Part shown: positions 55,366 through 64,000 of the stretch, piece by piece
Position numbering within the stretch: position 1 is the stretch's first letter
Layout of the letters: the number at the start of each line of letters is the position of its first letter
Assembly: GCA_963719425.1 (NCBI GenBank)
Contig: OY970382.1
Location: forward strand, 586,880-650,879
Length of the DNA: 64,000 bases
Origin: an uncultured bacterium
GTDB lineage: Bacteria > Patescibacteriota > Minisyncoccia > UBA6257 > 2-01-FULL-56-20
Reading direction: 5' to 3'
Position numbers and translations under genes: made by a program
The notes under the pieces: generated by a model
The model's input: the letters and a program-made list of their open reading frames with translations, nothing else
What the model was told of the DNA's origin: nothing
Databases searched by the model: none

Positions 55366-55828
55366 TTTGATTGTTGTTATCGGTTAATTTATTTTGACTG
55401 TCTTTTTCCTCACCGGAACCGACTGCTCCCGGCGGGGACTTGCCCGCAAGAAAAGGAGCGTTGATCAAAGCTCGCTCCACCGCCGCCTGGAATTCCGCGT
55501 TCTCCTCCGGCGTCATGGCGTCGCGCTTGACGTGGGCCGTAATCTCTATGCGGTCGCGGAACTTGGGGTTCCTGGCCTTGAGCCAAAAGGAAATCGCGGG
55601 CCAATGCTTGTCCTTTATTAACGAAATGAGCTGGCTTTCGCTCAAGTCGTTCATAAAGGCGTCCCCTTGGTTCATTGCTTCAACAACCGCCTTGTCGAAT
55701 TCCTTGTCCGCTTTGCGCCAGCGGTCGATCGACATCCTCGAGACGTTCACCTTCTCGCAGCAAACCTCAATGATCGGCACGCGCCGCAGGTGGTCAAGGA
55801 ACGCTTCCCGCACCCTGTCTTTTTTCAT
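55340..55828 (-). CDS. HTH protein, probable terminase small subunit
   Basis: IEVCCEKVNVSR..IDRWRK.D.EF, AISFWLK; directly upstream of terL. Confidence 0.7.
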   Translation of the reverse strand: MKKDRVREAFLDHLRRVPIIEVCCEKVNVSRMSIDRWRKADKEFDKAVVEAMNQGDAFMNDLSESQLISLIKDKHWPAISFWLKARNPKFRDRIEITAHVKRDAMTPEENAEFQAAVERALINAPFLAGKSPPGAVGSGEEKDSQNKLTDNNNQNGTESKQQ

Positions 55829-56593
55829 TTACGTGATGCGGCGAGGTGTGAGGCCGAACAACTTCTCCATGCGGGTCAAAATCGTCTGGCAATACTCCTC
55901 GTCGCGTTCTATTAACACGCTCGACCTTTTGACCTGTTCGGCGGCGACGGCCGTCGTGCCGGAACCGGCACAACAGTCGTACACCGCGTCTCCAATAGCC
56001 GTGGAATTGAGGATGAGCCGCCGCACGAGGCCGACGGGCTTCATTGTGGGGTGAAGCGGGCTCTTCGCCGGTTTTGGGAACCAGAGCACCGACTTGTCCT
56101 TCGCCTTGCGGAATTCGTGCTTGCCATACCAGCCGTAGGCGATGAGTTCGAACTGCGGGAGGTAATCCTTGCGTCCTATCACCGCATTGTTTTTGAGCCA
56201 CAGAAGGAGCTGGGAGAAATGGATGCCCGCCCGCTGCATTCCTTCGCGCAGGGCGAAGATCATGAAGTCGCTGTTGAAAACGTAGAAAGCATTCTTGGTC
56301 GCGAGATGCGGCAGGACGGGCATGATCCAGTCCTTCGTAAACTGCACATACTCGGACTCGCTCGTAATGTCGTCGTTCCAGACCTTCTTCGGCTTTCTGA
56401 TTTTGGAAAATCCCTCTTTGGATTCCACGATCCTAACTCCGTAAGGGGGATCGACTATCACGGCGCGTATTTTTGCGTTGCCGATTACGCGATCCACGAA
56501 CTTGGCGTCGCGAGCATCGCCGCACCCGAGCACGTGGTTGCCGATCCGGAAAATATCGCCGCACGCTATTTTGTTGATGGGAGATTTTTTCAT
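55829..56593 (-). CDS. N6A/N4C DNA methyltransferase (beta class)
   Basis: DPPYG, HPTMKP, YDCCAGSGTT. Confidence 0.9.
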   Translation of the reverse strand: MKKSPINKIACGDIFRIGNHVLGCGDARDAKFVDRVIGNAKIRAVIVDPPYGVRIVESKEGFSKIRKPKKVWNDDITSESEYVQFTKDWIMPVLPHLATKNAFYVFNSDFMIFALREGMQRAGIHFSQLLLWLKNNAVIGRKDYLPQFELIAYGWYGKHEFRKAKDKSVLWFPKPAKSPLHPTMKPVGLVRRLILNSTAIGDAVYDCCAGSGTTAVAAEQVKRSSVLIERDEEYCQTILTRMEKLFGLTPRRIT

Positions 56594-56598
56594 GAGGG

Positions 56599-57861
56599 TT
56601 ATTGCGTTAGCTTTTTATATCTGGCGACGATGAGGTCGCAGAACACGGGCTCCAATTCGACGAGGTAGGCCCGGCGTTTCAATTGGTGCGCGGCCACGAG
56701 CGTGCTGCCGCTTCCAGCAAAACTGTCCAAGATGATGTCGCCTGGCCGCGTACAGCGCCTGATCGCTTTTTCATGGAGAGTCGGCGGCTTGGCAGTCGCA
56801 TGCGTGTACTCGGTGCCCGGCAGTCGCCGCACGAGCCACAGATCAAGTTGGTCCAGAATGTCGTCGATCAGCCGATTGCCAGACGAGAGTTCCTTGTTCT
56901 GGATCTCGTTGAACGATTGAAGTCCCCTCGCGAGGAACGGCTTCCCGCGAACGCCATAGACCGCCGGTTCGTAGCACTTTGAAAAGGCGACGTCGGGCGT
57001 CGGGTTTTGCCCGTTCTTAACCCACAGGCACACGCGCTTGTTGTGGATGCCGAGTTCGGCATAGAGGGTCTGCAAAAGCCATACGTAGCTCTGGTCGCAG
57101 TAATAAAAGACGTGCGTATCGTCCTTCGCAACAGCAAGTGCGTTCACGATGCTCTCACGCAAGAACTCCTTGTATTCCGGATCGCTCCGTGTGTCGTTCA
57201 CGGTTGCCCCGTAGTTCGCGTGGCCGCCCACGCCTTTCGCGTATGACACGCCGCCTTTGAGGTTATAAACGGGATCAGAATAAATCATGGACGCCTTCTC
57301 GCTCCCGAAGAGTTTCTTCAAAATAGCGGCGTCGGTCGCATCGCCGCAAATCAATTTATGAGGGCCGAGCGTGATGACGTCGCCGAGCTTCGTCTTCGGT
57401 TTCTTTATTTTTTCCAGCTCGCGATCAATGTTGAATTCGTCATCTTCCACTTCCGCGATGTCGTCCCAGAGGTGCGCCAGTTCCTCGTCTTTAAAACCGA
57501 CGGTCAATAACAATTCCGTGTCGAATGTGCGGAGCAACTCGTATGCCCAGTCGCCACGCACGGCGTTTGAGGTGAGTAAGTATTGTTCGAACTCACGCTT
57601 CGTCAATTTGCGGTTCGGCACGCGCACTTCTATCTCCTCATTGCCGCGCCCCAAAAGTTGCAGCGCCTTCAACCTTTGGTGACCGGCGACCACCGTGCCG
57701 TCCGCGTCGATCGCGGGAAGTTCCACGACATTGAATTTCTTTAAACTATTTTTGAGCGCTTCAAGCTGCGCTTCGCCGATGGTGCGAGGATTTTTGGAAA
57801 ACGGAACGAGGGCGTTGATAACTTTTTTTTCCGTATGCCAAGTCAAAGATTGTTTACTCAT
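56599..57861 (-). CDS. ParB-like N-terminal domain + DNA methyltransferase
   Basis: KNPR, AGHQR; DPVYN (variant of DPPY), HATAKP, LDSFAGSGST. Confidence 0.88.
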   Translation of the reverse strand: MSKQSLTWHTEKKVINALVPFSKNPRTIGEAQLEALKNSLKKFNVVELPAIDADGTVVAGHQRLKALQLLGRGNEEIEVRVPNRKLTKREFEQYLLTSNAVRGDWAYELLRTFDTELLLTVGFKDEELAHLWDDIAEVEDDEFNIDRELEKIKKPKTKLGDVITLGPHKLICGDATDAAILKKLFGSEKASMIYSDPVYNLKGGVSYAKGVGGHANYGATVNDTRSDPEYKEFLRESIVNALAVAKDDTHVFYYCDQSYVWLLQTLYAELGIHNKRVCLWVKNGQNPTPDVAFSKCYEPAVYGVRGKPFLARGLQSFNEIQNKELSSGNRLIDDILDQLDLWLVRRLPGTEYTHATAKPPTLHEKAIRRCTRPGDIILDSFAGSGSTLVAAHQLKRRAYLVELEPVFCDLIVARYKKLTQ

Positions 57862-57871
57862 GTTTTATTGA

Positions 57872-58111
57872 TTAATGCTTTGGGGTAAGGCAGCGACCGA
57901 CATCGCGCCAGAATGATGGCTCAGTTTGCCAATGTTCCAAGACGGGCACGGCAACGCCGAGCGATTGAGCGAATGCCTTCAGGGCACTGGGCGTTTTTTC
58001 CCTCATTGCGGCATACCACTCTGCGAACGCAAGACGCTTGCGCGGGTCGCGATTCTCGAGCACAAGGAGCGCGTTCCCGGGATTGTTTGATGTTTGAGGT
58101 TTATTTTTCAT
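57872..58111 (-). CDS. Small HTH protein (phBC6A51-like)
   Basis: FAEW...KAFAQSLGV..PVLEHW..EPSFW pattern. Confidence 0.55.
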   Translation of the reverse strand: MKNKPQTSNNPGNALLVLENRDPRKRLAFAEWYAAMREKTPSALKAFAQSLGVAVPVLEHWQTEPSFWRDVGRCLTPKH

Positions 58112-58265
58112 TGATGCGATAAAAGTGTTCTCTGGCCTTTTTCTTTTAATGGAAACATCCCACCCCACTCCCTCGTCCAATCCATTTTTTATGAGAAATA
58201 CAACAAAAAATGCCGACTTTTCGGCATTTCACTTTTCGCTATCCACTGGAGAGGGCGAGGGAGTC

Positions 58266-59078
58266 CTACGAATCAGAGATTTCTATAACTTTGTATTCTT
58301 CGTTAATCATATAGCCGCTTGGAGCGTGCGAGATGATGAAGCGTTGGTCCTCACGTTTCCCGAGAGAAAAGGTACGACGGGCGGTGACGTTCATTACGCG
58401 GATTGCTTCTCGGAGCGATCCGGCGTTTACATAATCGGTTTTCCCGCGCAGCTCGTCGGTTGACACAAAAGACTCTCGTCCCAAAAGCGCCTCAAAGATT
58501 TGGCGGCGCATTTTATCCAAATGATAGCACTGCGAAGATTTTGATCTGCGATATAAATTCCCGTCAGTTTGATTGAATATAAAAACATTAACGTTCGTCT
58601 CGCCGGATGCAGACATAATCGGCAGCGTCGTCAGTAATTTCTGCGCTGTCTGCGTGCTGATTTTGGAAATCACCTCTTCGCTCAACTCAACTTTATTATT
58701 TGTCTCTGGCCCTGGACTTCTCATCGCCGGACGCGGCGGAGGCAACATCGTAATCCTCGGCGGCCAATCAAGAGAGGTTTTGATAATTTTGGAATAATTG
58801 TCTGCCAGCTTGGCAATGTCCATTATGCCGGAACTTCTCATCGCATTAGAGAGATTTTCAGCCATAGCGCTAAACTGTCGCATCATGGGTTCGGCGTCGA
58901 TCGCCAATTTTTCCATAACCGCTTGTATTTTCATATTCTGCTCGGCGAGATACCGCTGCCCTTCCGGCGTAGTGAAATATTCCCGCGCTGTCATTTCGAG
59001 AGCGGACTTTTCCTTTTTCATAATGGCCGTCGTGGTAGGCTGGACGATTTTTTCTGTTTTACGTTTCTGCTTGGGCAT
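58266..59078 (-). CDS. Hypothetical protein with C-terminal winged-helix-like domain
   Basis: 270-aa ORF; QIFEALL..FVSTDEL...I.S...GYMIN OmpR-like pattern. Confidence 0.6.
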   Translation of the reverse strand: MPKQKRKTEKIVQPTTTAIMKKEKSALEMTAREYFTTPEGQRYLAEQNMKIQAVMEKLAIDAEPMMRQFSAMAENLSNAMRSSGIMDIAKLADNYSKIIKTSLDWPPRITMLPPPRPAMRSPGPETNNKVELSEEVISKISTQTAQKLLTTLPIMSASGETNVNVFIFNQTDGNLYRRSKSSQCYHLDKMRRQIFEALLGRESFVSTDELRGKTDYVNAGSLREAIRVMNVTARRTFSLGKREDQRFIISHAPSGYMINEEYKVIEISDS

Positions 59079-59173
59079 TGCAAGCTAATGGTAATTCACC
59101 TGTTTCGCTCGAGCAAATTGGTATAGCGAATCACGGCCTGAGAACCAAAGATCTACGCCACGAGGTAGGGGTG

Positions 59174-59203
59174 TTGACACCTGAGTATTTACTCAGGTAA
59201 TAT
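59174..59203 (+). promoter_or_regulatory. Promoter with embedded perfect palindromic operator
   Basis: TTGACA-18-TAATAT; ACCTGAGTA-TT-TACTCAGGT at 59179-59198. Confidence 0.75.
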
Positions 59204-59209
59204 ACTCTT

Positions 59210-62200
59210 ATGGCAAAACCCATCACTGGACGACAACTCGAAGCCCTCCAGAAGATACAACTTCTTTCCGGGCGCGGCACCCCTCCAACTTTTAAAGAAC
59301 TTCGTAGGGCGCTGGGGGTCGCGTCCGACCAGGGTGTTATAGAGCTGGTGGATCACTTAATCGCGGGCGGCTATCTCCGAAAAGATGTCGGCCAAGCTCG
59401 CGGCATTTTTTTGACTCCGAAGGCGCATCTGACGCTCGGGCCGTCCGCGAAAGGAACCGATGAGCAAAGCGCACGAACGTTCCGCTTCAAGCCGGTCCAA
59501 AGGCGAGTGTACGAAGGTCTCCTGAGAATCGATCCGCGCTTGGGCCGCGCGTACGAAGGCGGCTTGCGCGTATTGCTCGATCGTAGCAATCCAGAAAGTA
59601 TTTCCCAGTCGGCTCATTCTATGCGGGAAATAGGCATGATGCTTGCCCGTAAAGCCGGAGAACCCAAAGATGATGCGAAAGATGAAAAGAGCAAGGAACG
59701 AAGCGCCTTTTCCAAAAAGATCTGGAAGGTGCTCGATCCTCGCGGGGGAACCACGGAACTCAAAACGGTTTACGATATTTGGAACGAGGAATTCCAGACG
59801 TTTTTCACGAAAATCGCGCACCATAACAATGGAGAAGAAGTTCCGCGAGAGGCGTACGACAAGAAGTTGGCCGAATTTGATGAGCTTTTACGATATGTCC
59901 TTGCCTTTCAAACGGAAATATACGAGGAGATCGACGGAATAATCAAAAAGGGCCCGGGCAAAGCTCACCCTCAACGTTTGGCGTTCTTGATCAAACGAAA
60001 CGTGGAATCGTATGGCTATTTCTTCCGGAACGCCAACGCGTCATGGCTCGATTTTTTGAAGGCCAATCTTCTCTTGACCTCGACGTGGGAGGTTGGCCAG
60101 TATCTTTTAAAAATCGCCAAAGAAAAACCCGCTGACGTGATGGACGTCATACTCAAAATGAAAGCCGTTCCGATGGCGTGGCGCATCAGGGATGCCATGG
60201 TGACGGCGGCCTCTAAAATGCCGTCGGATGTTGCGGCGAAGATTGTCCCTAAAATCGTTCGCCAGGAACACTGGCTCGAAACTACGCCCGGCCACTTGCG
60301 CGACCTGCTGCTCCACTCCCTAAACGATCTTCTGAAGACCCTTATCTCGGGCGGAAAATATCCAGAAGTCTTGAGCCTTACGCATAAGATGCTGGAGGTC
60401 AAAGTCACCGTCGATCCGACGACGAAACGAGCGATCGAGCGGCCGATGGACAGTTATTATTACGGCGAAATAATAAAAACTTTGCACACCCTGCCCGATG
60501 AGCAAGCCGGGAATTTGGCGAAGGTTCTTCGCGAGAAACTTTGCGAGGCGATCGCCGTTGAATCACCAGAAAGAAACGAGCAAGATTATTCTCATATCTG
60601 GCGTCCGGCCATTGAGGCAAACAGGCAAAATTGGGGGAACGAGAATACCAAGGAAATTTTGGTGACCGCTTTGCGCGATTTTCTGGAACGCCATGTCGCA
60701 TTTCTCATACAAACGGGCGCGACCGATATTCCCAAAAAAATCGCCGCGATCTTGGCGAATAAAATTGACTACGCCATTTTGAAGCGGTTGCGCCTCCATG
60801 TTTATCGTTTGCATATTCTCCAATTCAAAAGGGAAATTCCCGCTGAGCTACTTCGGAACGAAGAGGATTCGGATTTGTGGCATGAATATTTCCTACTTCT
60901 TCAAGCGGCGTTTTCTGAGATGCCCGCCGCATTTCAGCGTTCTTACGTCGCCCGCCTTTTGAAAAAGAAGCCTCGCAACATCCGGAAAGAAATGATTCCG
61001 TATTGGCGGGCGCGCCGCCTCGTGGCGATCAAGAATTATCTCCCGGAAGGAACGGCGAAGAGGTTTGAGAAAATGATTTCAAAATTTGACGATGATGACG
61101 CCGCCTTCACGATGCGACACGAAACCTTCCACGGCCCGACTTCTCCGTTGACCGAAGAAGAGATGGAAAAGGCCACGATCGAGGAATTGGTGGAGCGTTT
61201 TATAACGTGGGAACCTGCGTCCGACATTTTTTCTCCTTCCCGAGGAGGCCTCGGCTTGAGCTTCGCGAACGTCATAAAGAAACAGCCCGATCTTTATATC
61301 GGGAAGGTGACTCTTTTCAAAAACCCGAGGTTGCGACCCGTTTTTTTCTATCATCTTTTCGGAGCGCTGAGGGAAGTGTTGCACAAGCGGGGCGATCGGG
61401 ACTGGTCCGGCGTGGTGGATCTTGCGGCTTATCTCGTCCAGAACGGTCAAAAAGGTTTATTACCGGTTTTCGAGGATCCCAAAGAACGGGAGGCCGATTG
61501 GAACGATGTTTTCCAGAACGTGGCCCATTTTTTGAGCGACGGGTTGCAGTTCCAAGAGTACGGTTTCAAAAAAGATGATGATGAAAAGATATGGAATTGC
61601 ATTCAATTTCTTTGCCAAAACGAAGACCCGACCCCGCAGCGCGAGAAACAATACATGGAAGGGAATTTCGATCCCTACGGTCTTTCAATCAACACCGCCC
61701 GGGGGCAGGCATTCCACGCCCTCATCATGTACATCTTTTGGGCCAACCGAAACGCGAAAGCCGCGAAGCGCTTTATACCGGAAGGAGTAAAAACAATATT
61801 AGAAGAGCACCTTGACGTTTCCCGCGACGGCAGCTTGGCCGTCCGGTCGGTGTACGGCAGATTCTTCCCGTGGCTTTATTCCCATGATCGTGAATGGGTT
61901 GAGAAAATTACCCCTCTCATTTTCCCCGATGACAATGAGGAGCTTTGGTATGCCGCATGGGAAGGTTATCTTTTCACTTTCTTCGGCGACGTGTATCGCG
62001 CGTTCCGCGGTCTTTATGACAAAGCAATAGAAAAAATCGCGACACCGAAGCCGACCAGGCGCTATTTTATAGATCCCGTCGAAAGGTTGGGCGAACACGT
62101 CATGGTGGGGCTGGCCCACGGTTACGACGATGCCGGGGTCGCTCCGCTTTATGAAAAATTTTTCGCAAAAGCGAACCCAAAGCAACGAGGCGACGCCATC

Positions 62201-62698
62201 AGTTTCGCCGGCAGGCATTGGATCGTACGTGATCAAATACCCGAGGGTGAGCGATTGACCAGCACGAAACCGTTGGAGAAGTTTTGGGAATGGAGACTGA
62301 AAAATTCAAACTCCCCGGAGGAACTCCGGGAATTCGGTTGGTGGGTGAAGCCGGGTGCGTTCGACGATCGATGGATGCTTGAGAATCTCATCTGGACGCT
62401 GGAAAAAACGGAGGGGGATGTTGATGGGGAATTTAAAGTGATACAAGCGTTGGCCGAGCTCGCCGACAAGCACCCCCTCGCGTGCGCCAAGGTCATTTCC
62501 TTGGTCACACGCTCGCGTGTTAGGGAGAAAGTCATTTTTCACACCAACGAGGATGAAATAGGGCAAGCCCTGAAGAAAATATATGCTTCTAAAAACAAAG
62601 ATGCCCTTGAACTGGCCGATGGGATCGTCGATCACCTCACCAAGCTGGGCTTCGAGAGATTCCGATATATAAAAACACCGAGAGAGCCAGAGAAATAA
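59210..62698 (+). CDS. 1162-aa protein: LexA-like HTH + putative HEPN-like nuclease domain + long alpha-helical C-terminal region
   Basis: ITGRQLEAL..I..GTPPTFKEL..LGVAS..V..L..GYL...ARGI (LexA DBD); AYEGGL..L..SNPE..SQSAHSMRE...FTKIAHH; no LexA peptidase domain. Confidence 0.75.
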   Translation: MAKPITGRQLEALQKIQLLSGRGTPPTFKELRRALGVASDQGVIELVDHLIAGGYLRKDVGQARGIFLTPKAHLTLGPSAKGTDEQSARTFRFKPVQRRVYEGLLRIDPRLGRAYEGGLRVLLDRSNPESISQSAHSMREIGMMLARKAGEPKDDAKDEKSKERSAFSKKIWKVLDPRGGTTELKTVYDIWNEEFQTFFTKIAHHNNGEEVPREAYDKKLAEFDELLRYVLAFQTEIYEEIDGIIKKGPGKAHPQRLAFLIKRNVESYGYFFRNANASWLDFLKANLLLTSTWEVGQYLLKIAKEKPADVMDVILKMKAVPMAWRIRDAMVTAASKMPSDVAAKIVPKIVRQEHWLETTPGHLRDLLLHSLNDLLKTLISGGKYPEVLSLTHKMLEVKVTVDPTTKRAIERPMDSYYYGEIIKTLHTLPDEQAGNLAKVLREKLCEAIAVESPERNEQDYSHIWRPAIEANRQNWGNENTKEILVTALRDFLERHVAFLIQTGATDIPKKIAAILANKIDYAILKRLRLHVYRLHILQFKREIPAELLRNEEDSDLWHEYFLLLQAAFSEMPAAFQRSYVARLLKKKPRNIRKEMIPYWRARRLVAIKNYLPEGTAKRFEKMISKFDDDDAAFTMRHETFHGPTSPLTEEEMEKATIEELVERFITWEPASDIFSPSRGGLGLSFANVIKKQPDLYIGKVTLFKNPRLRPVFFYHLFGALREVLHKRGDRDWSGVVDLAAYLVQNGQKGLLPVFEDPKEREADWNDVFQNVAHFLSDGLQFQEYGFKKDDDEKIWNCIQFLCQNEDPTPQREKQYMEGNFDPYGLSINTARGQAFHALIMYIFWANRNAKAAKRFIPEGVKTILEEHLDVSRDGSLAVRSVYGRFFPWLYSHDREWVEKITPLIFPDDNEELWYAAWEGYLFTFFGDVYRAFRGLYDKAIEKIATPKPTRRYFIDPVERLGEHVMVGLAHGYDDAGVAPLYEKFFAKANPKQRGDAISFAGRHWIVRDQIPEGERLTSTKPLEKFWEWRLKNSNSPEELREFGWWVKPGAFDDRWMLENLIWTLEKTEGDVDGEFKVIQALAELADKHPLACAKVISLVTRSRVREKVIFHTNEDEIGQALKKIYASKNKDALELADGIVDHLTKLGFERFRYIKTPREPEK

Positions 62699-62813
62699 AT
62701 GTTACACGTCTCGGCGGGGCGGCGATGCTCCATAAGCGCTGTATTTCTTAATCTTTTCGGAAAATGTTACCCTGATTGTGACATGCCCCTCCCGTGTAAC
62801 ATTTGTAACATTT
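62697..62813. repeat. Cluster of AAATGTTAC/GTAACATTT repeats
   Basis: Copies at 62697, 62762 (forward) and 62796, 62805 (inverted, tandem). Confidence 0.6.
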
Positions 62814-62889
62814 TGCTCCTTTTCCAAAACTCCGAGAGCGACCTCCCGGCTTCGAAAACCACGTTTCCAAGAAAGCCCTGAAAGGCTCA

Positions 62890-64000
62890 TCAAAAAGAGG
62901 TTCCCGACCGATGATCACCGCAAATAGAGACTTCGCGATCAGAAAGAAATTTACCCTGCGTCCGCGCGGCGGACGCAACTGCCAAAATCTCGCGCCGCTT
63001 CGCGGCAAACTGGCTGGGTTCGGAAAATTCAAACAGGGCGGATTTATCACGAACCCTCGGGTTCGTTCCGATTTTTTGGACAAACGTTTTCAGATCACGG
63101 AACGTGCCGCCGTTTGCCAAAAAATCCGCTTGCTTCGTATCTTGTATCCATCCCCGCAAGGGTTCGACCCAGTTTTTTCTCCCGCGTTCAAAATCGTTCA
63201 GTTTTTCTTGGAGCGAGGCCGAGGCGCGCAACAATTCGTCCTTCCGTTTGAGATAGGTCGGCTTGGGGATGTCGCCATCCAGATAAGTTGAAACGAGCTT
63301 CTCCATCCGCGCCTCATTCGCCTTGATCTCATCGTTCAGATTTTGAACCGCGCTTTGCGACACCGATACATCTCCATTCTCCCACTCTTTGACCTTGCCT
63401 AGCATCCAATCGGTGTAGCGGTCGGAAAGCGCGATGGTTTGAAGCCGTACTTTGATCTGTCCCGCCAGCTCTGGCTCTTGGAGATAGGACTGCGAGCACC
63501 CGCCGCGCTTCTTGGAACAGCGGTAGTAGCGGTATTTCGTGCCCCAGCGATTGGTCGTCCACTGCGCGGAGATCATGGAGCCGCACTCGGCGCACCTGAA
63601 GAGTCCCGTGAAAGGAAAATCGTGTTTCGCGCGGCGGTGGCGCGGCCGTTCTTTGGACTTCAATACCTTCTGCACGGCTTCAAACAATGCGGGAGAAATA
63701 ATGGGTTCAAATTTTCCCTCAAACCATTCGTCGTTGTGCTTCACGAAACCGAGATAGGCGCGGTTCGTCAAAAGCCGCTTGATGGAAAATTTGGCAAGGG
63801 GCGTTCCGTTCTTAGAGACAACACCGAGGTCTTTCAGAAATAAGGCGAGGGACACGAACGAGTGCGTGCCTTTTTCGTACTCCTCGAAGGCGCGGCGGAC
63901 GATGCGGGCTTCCGTCGGATGCGGCTCGATGTTGCGCTTCAAGGGATTGTTCTGATAACCGAACGGCGCAAGATTGAGCCACTCGCCCCGCCGCAATTTC
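62890..64000 (-). CDS. Second large serine recombinase (5' part outside window)
   Basis: APFGY, NRAYLG, FEPIIS..LFEAVQ, CAECG, YRYYRC, coiled coil. Confidence 0.88.
   Translation of the reverse strand, partial: KLRRGEWLNLAPFGYQNNPLKRNIEPHPTEARIVRRAFEEYEKGTHSFVSLALFLKDLGVVSKNGTPLAKFSIKRLLTNRAYLGFVKHNDEWFEGKFEPIISPALFEAVQKVLKSKERPRHRRAKHDFPFTGLFRCAECGSMISAQWTTNRWGTKYRYYRCSKKRGGCSQSYLQEPELAGQIKVRLQTIALSDRYTDWMLGKVKEWENGDVSVSQSAVQNLNDEIKANEARMEKLVSTYLDGDIPKPTYLKRKDELLRASASLQEKLNDFERGRKNWVEPLRGWIQDTKQADFLANGGTFRDLKTFVQKIGTNPRVRDKSALFEFSEPSQFAAKRREILAVASAARTQGKFLSDREVSICGDHRSGTSF

Noticed and set aside
55829-57861. Complete restriction-modification system
   Set aside because: No adjacent recognisable restriction endonuclease; the MTases are of the phage terminase-adjacent type
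1-64000. CRISPR array, DGR or retron
   Set aside because: No regularly spaced repeats, no reverse transcriptase motif and no TR/VR pair seen
45855-64000. Exact attL/attR duplication of the tRNA-Ser 3' end
   Set aside because: No exact direct repeat found inside the window; only a weak resemblance near 62900-62922
1-64000. Alternative genetic code (TGA=Gly, as in Gracilibacteria)
   Set aside because: Conserved genes are full length in code 11 and several end in TGA (pilB, yqeY, parA)

Overview
Chromosomal window of a Patescibacteria (CPR), most likely Parcubacteria-type, bacterium using the standard code (TGA is a stop). Positions 1-45.9 kb are mostly core genes: purL 5' end, yvcK, a GH130/GH18/PAP2 cluster, mutY, an RRM protein, rmuC, ftsZ/ftsA, ybeY, rpsU, hisS, lepB, pth, type IV pilus/competence genes, rluA, a 1400-aa surface lipase-like protein, dprA, topA, relA/spoT, parAB, rbfA, infB, six tRNAs and a free-standing LAGLIDADG ORF. 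They are interspersed with roughly 150-170 bp fold-back (MITE-like) elements and a candidate sRNA. Downstream of tRNA-Ser(GCT) lies an accessory region. It starts with a NUDIX-queuosine-salvage fusion and hydrolases. An integrative element between two large serine recombinases follows. It carries TerS-like and TerL genes (TerL frameshifted in the Walker A motif), two DNA methyltransferases, no visible portal or capsid gene, a ~230-nt structured RNA with its own promoter, and a 1162-aa LexA-HTH/nuclease-like/helical-repeat protein with a perfect palindromic operator in its promoter. All calls are by eye from motifs; no searches were run.
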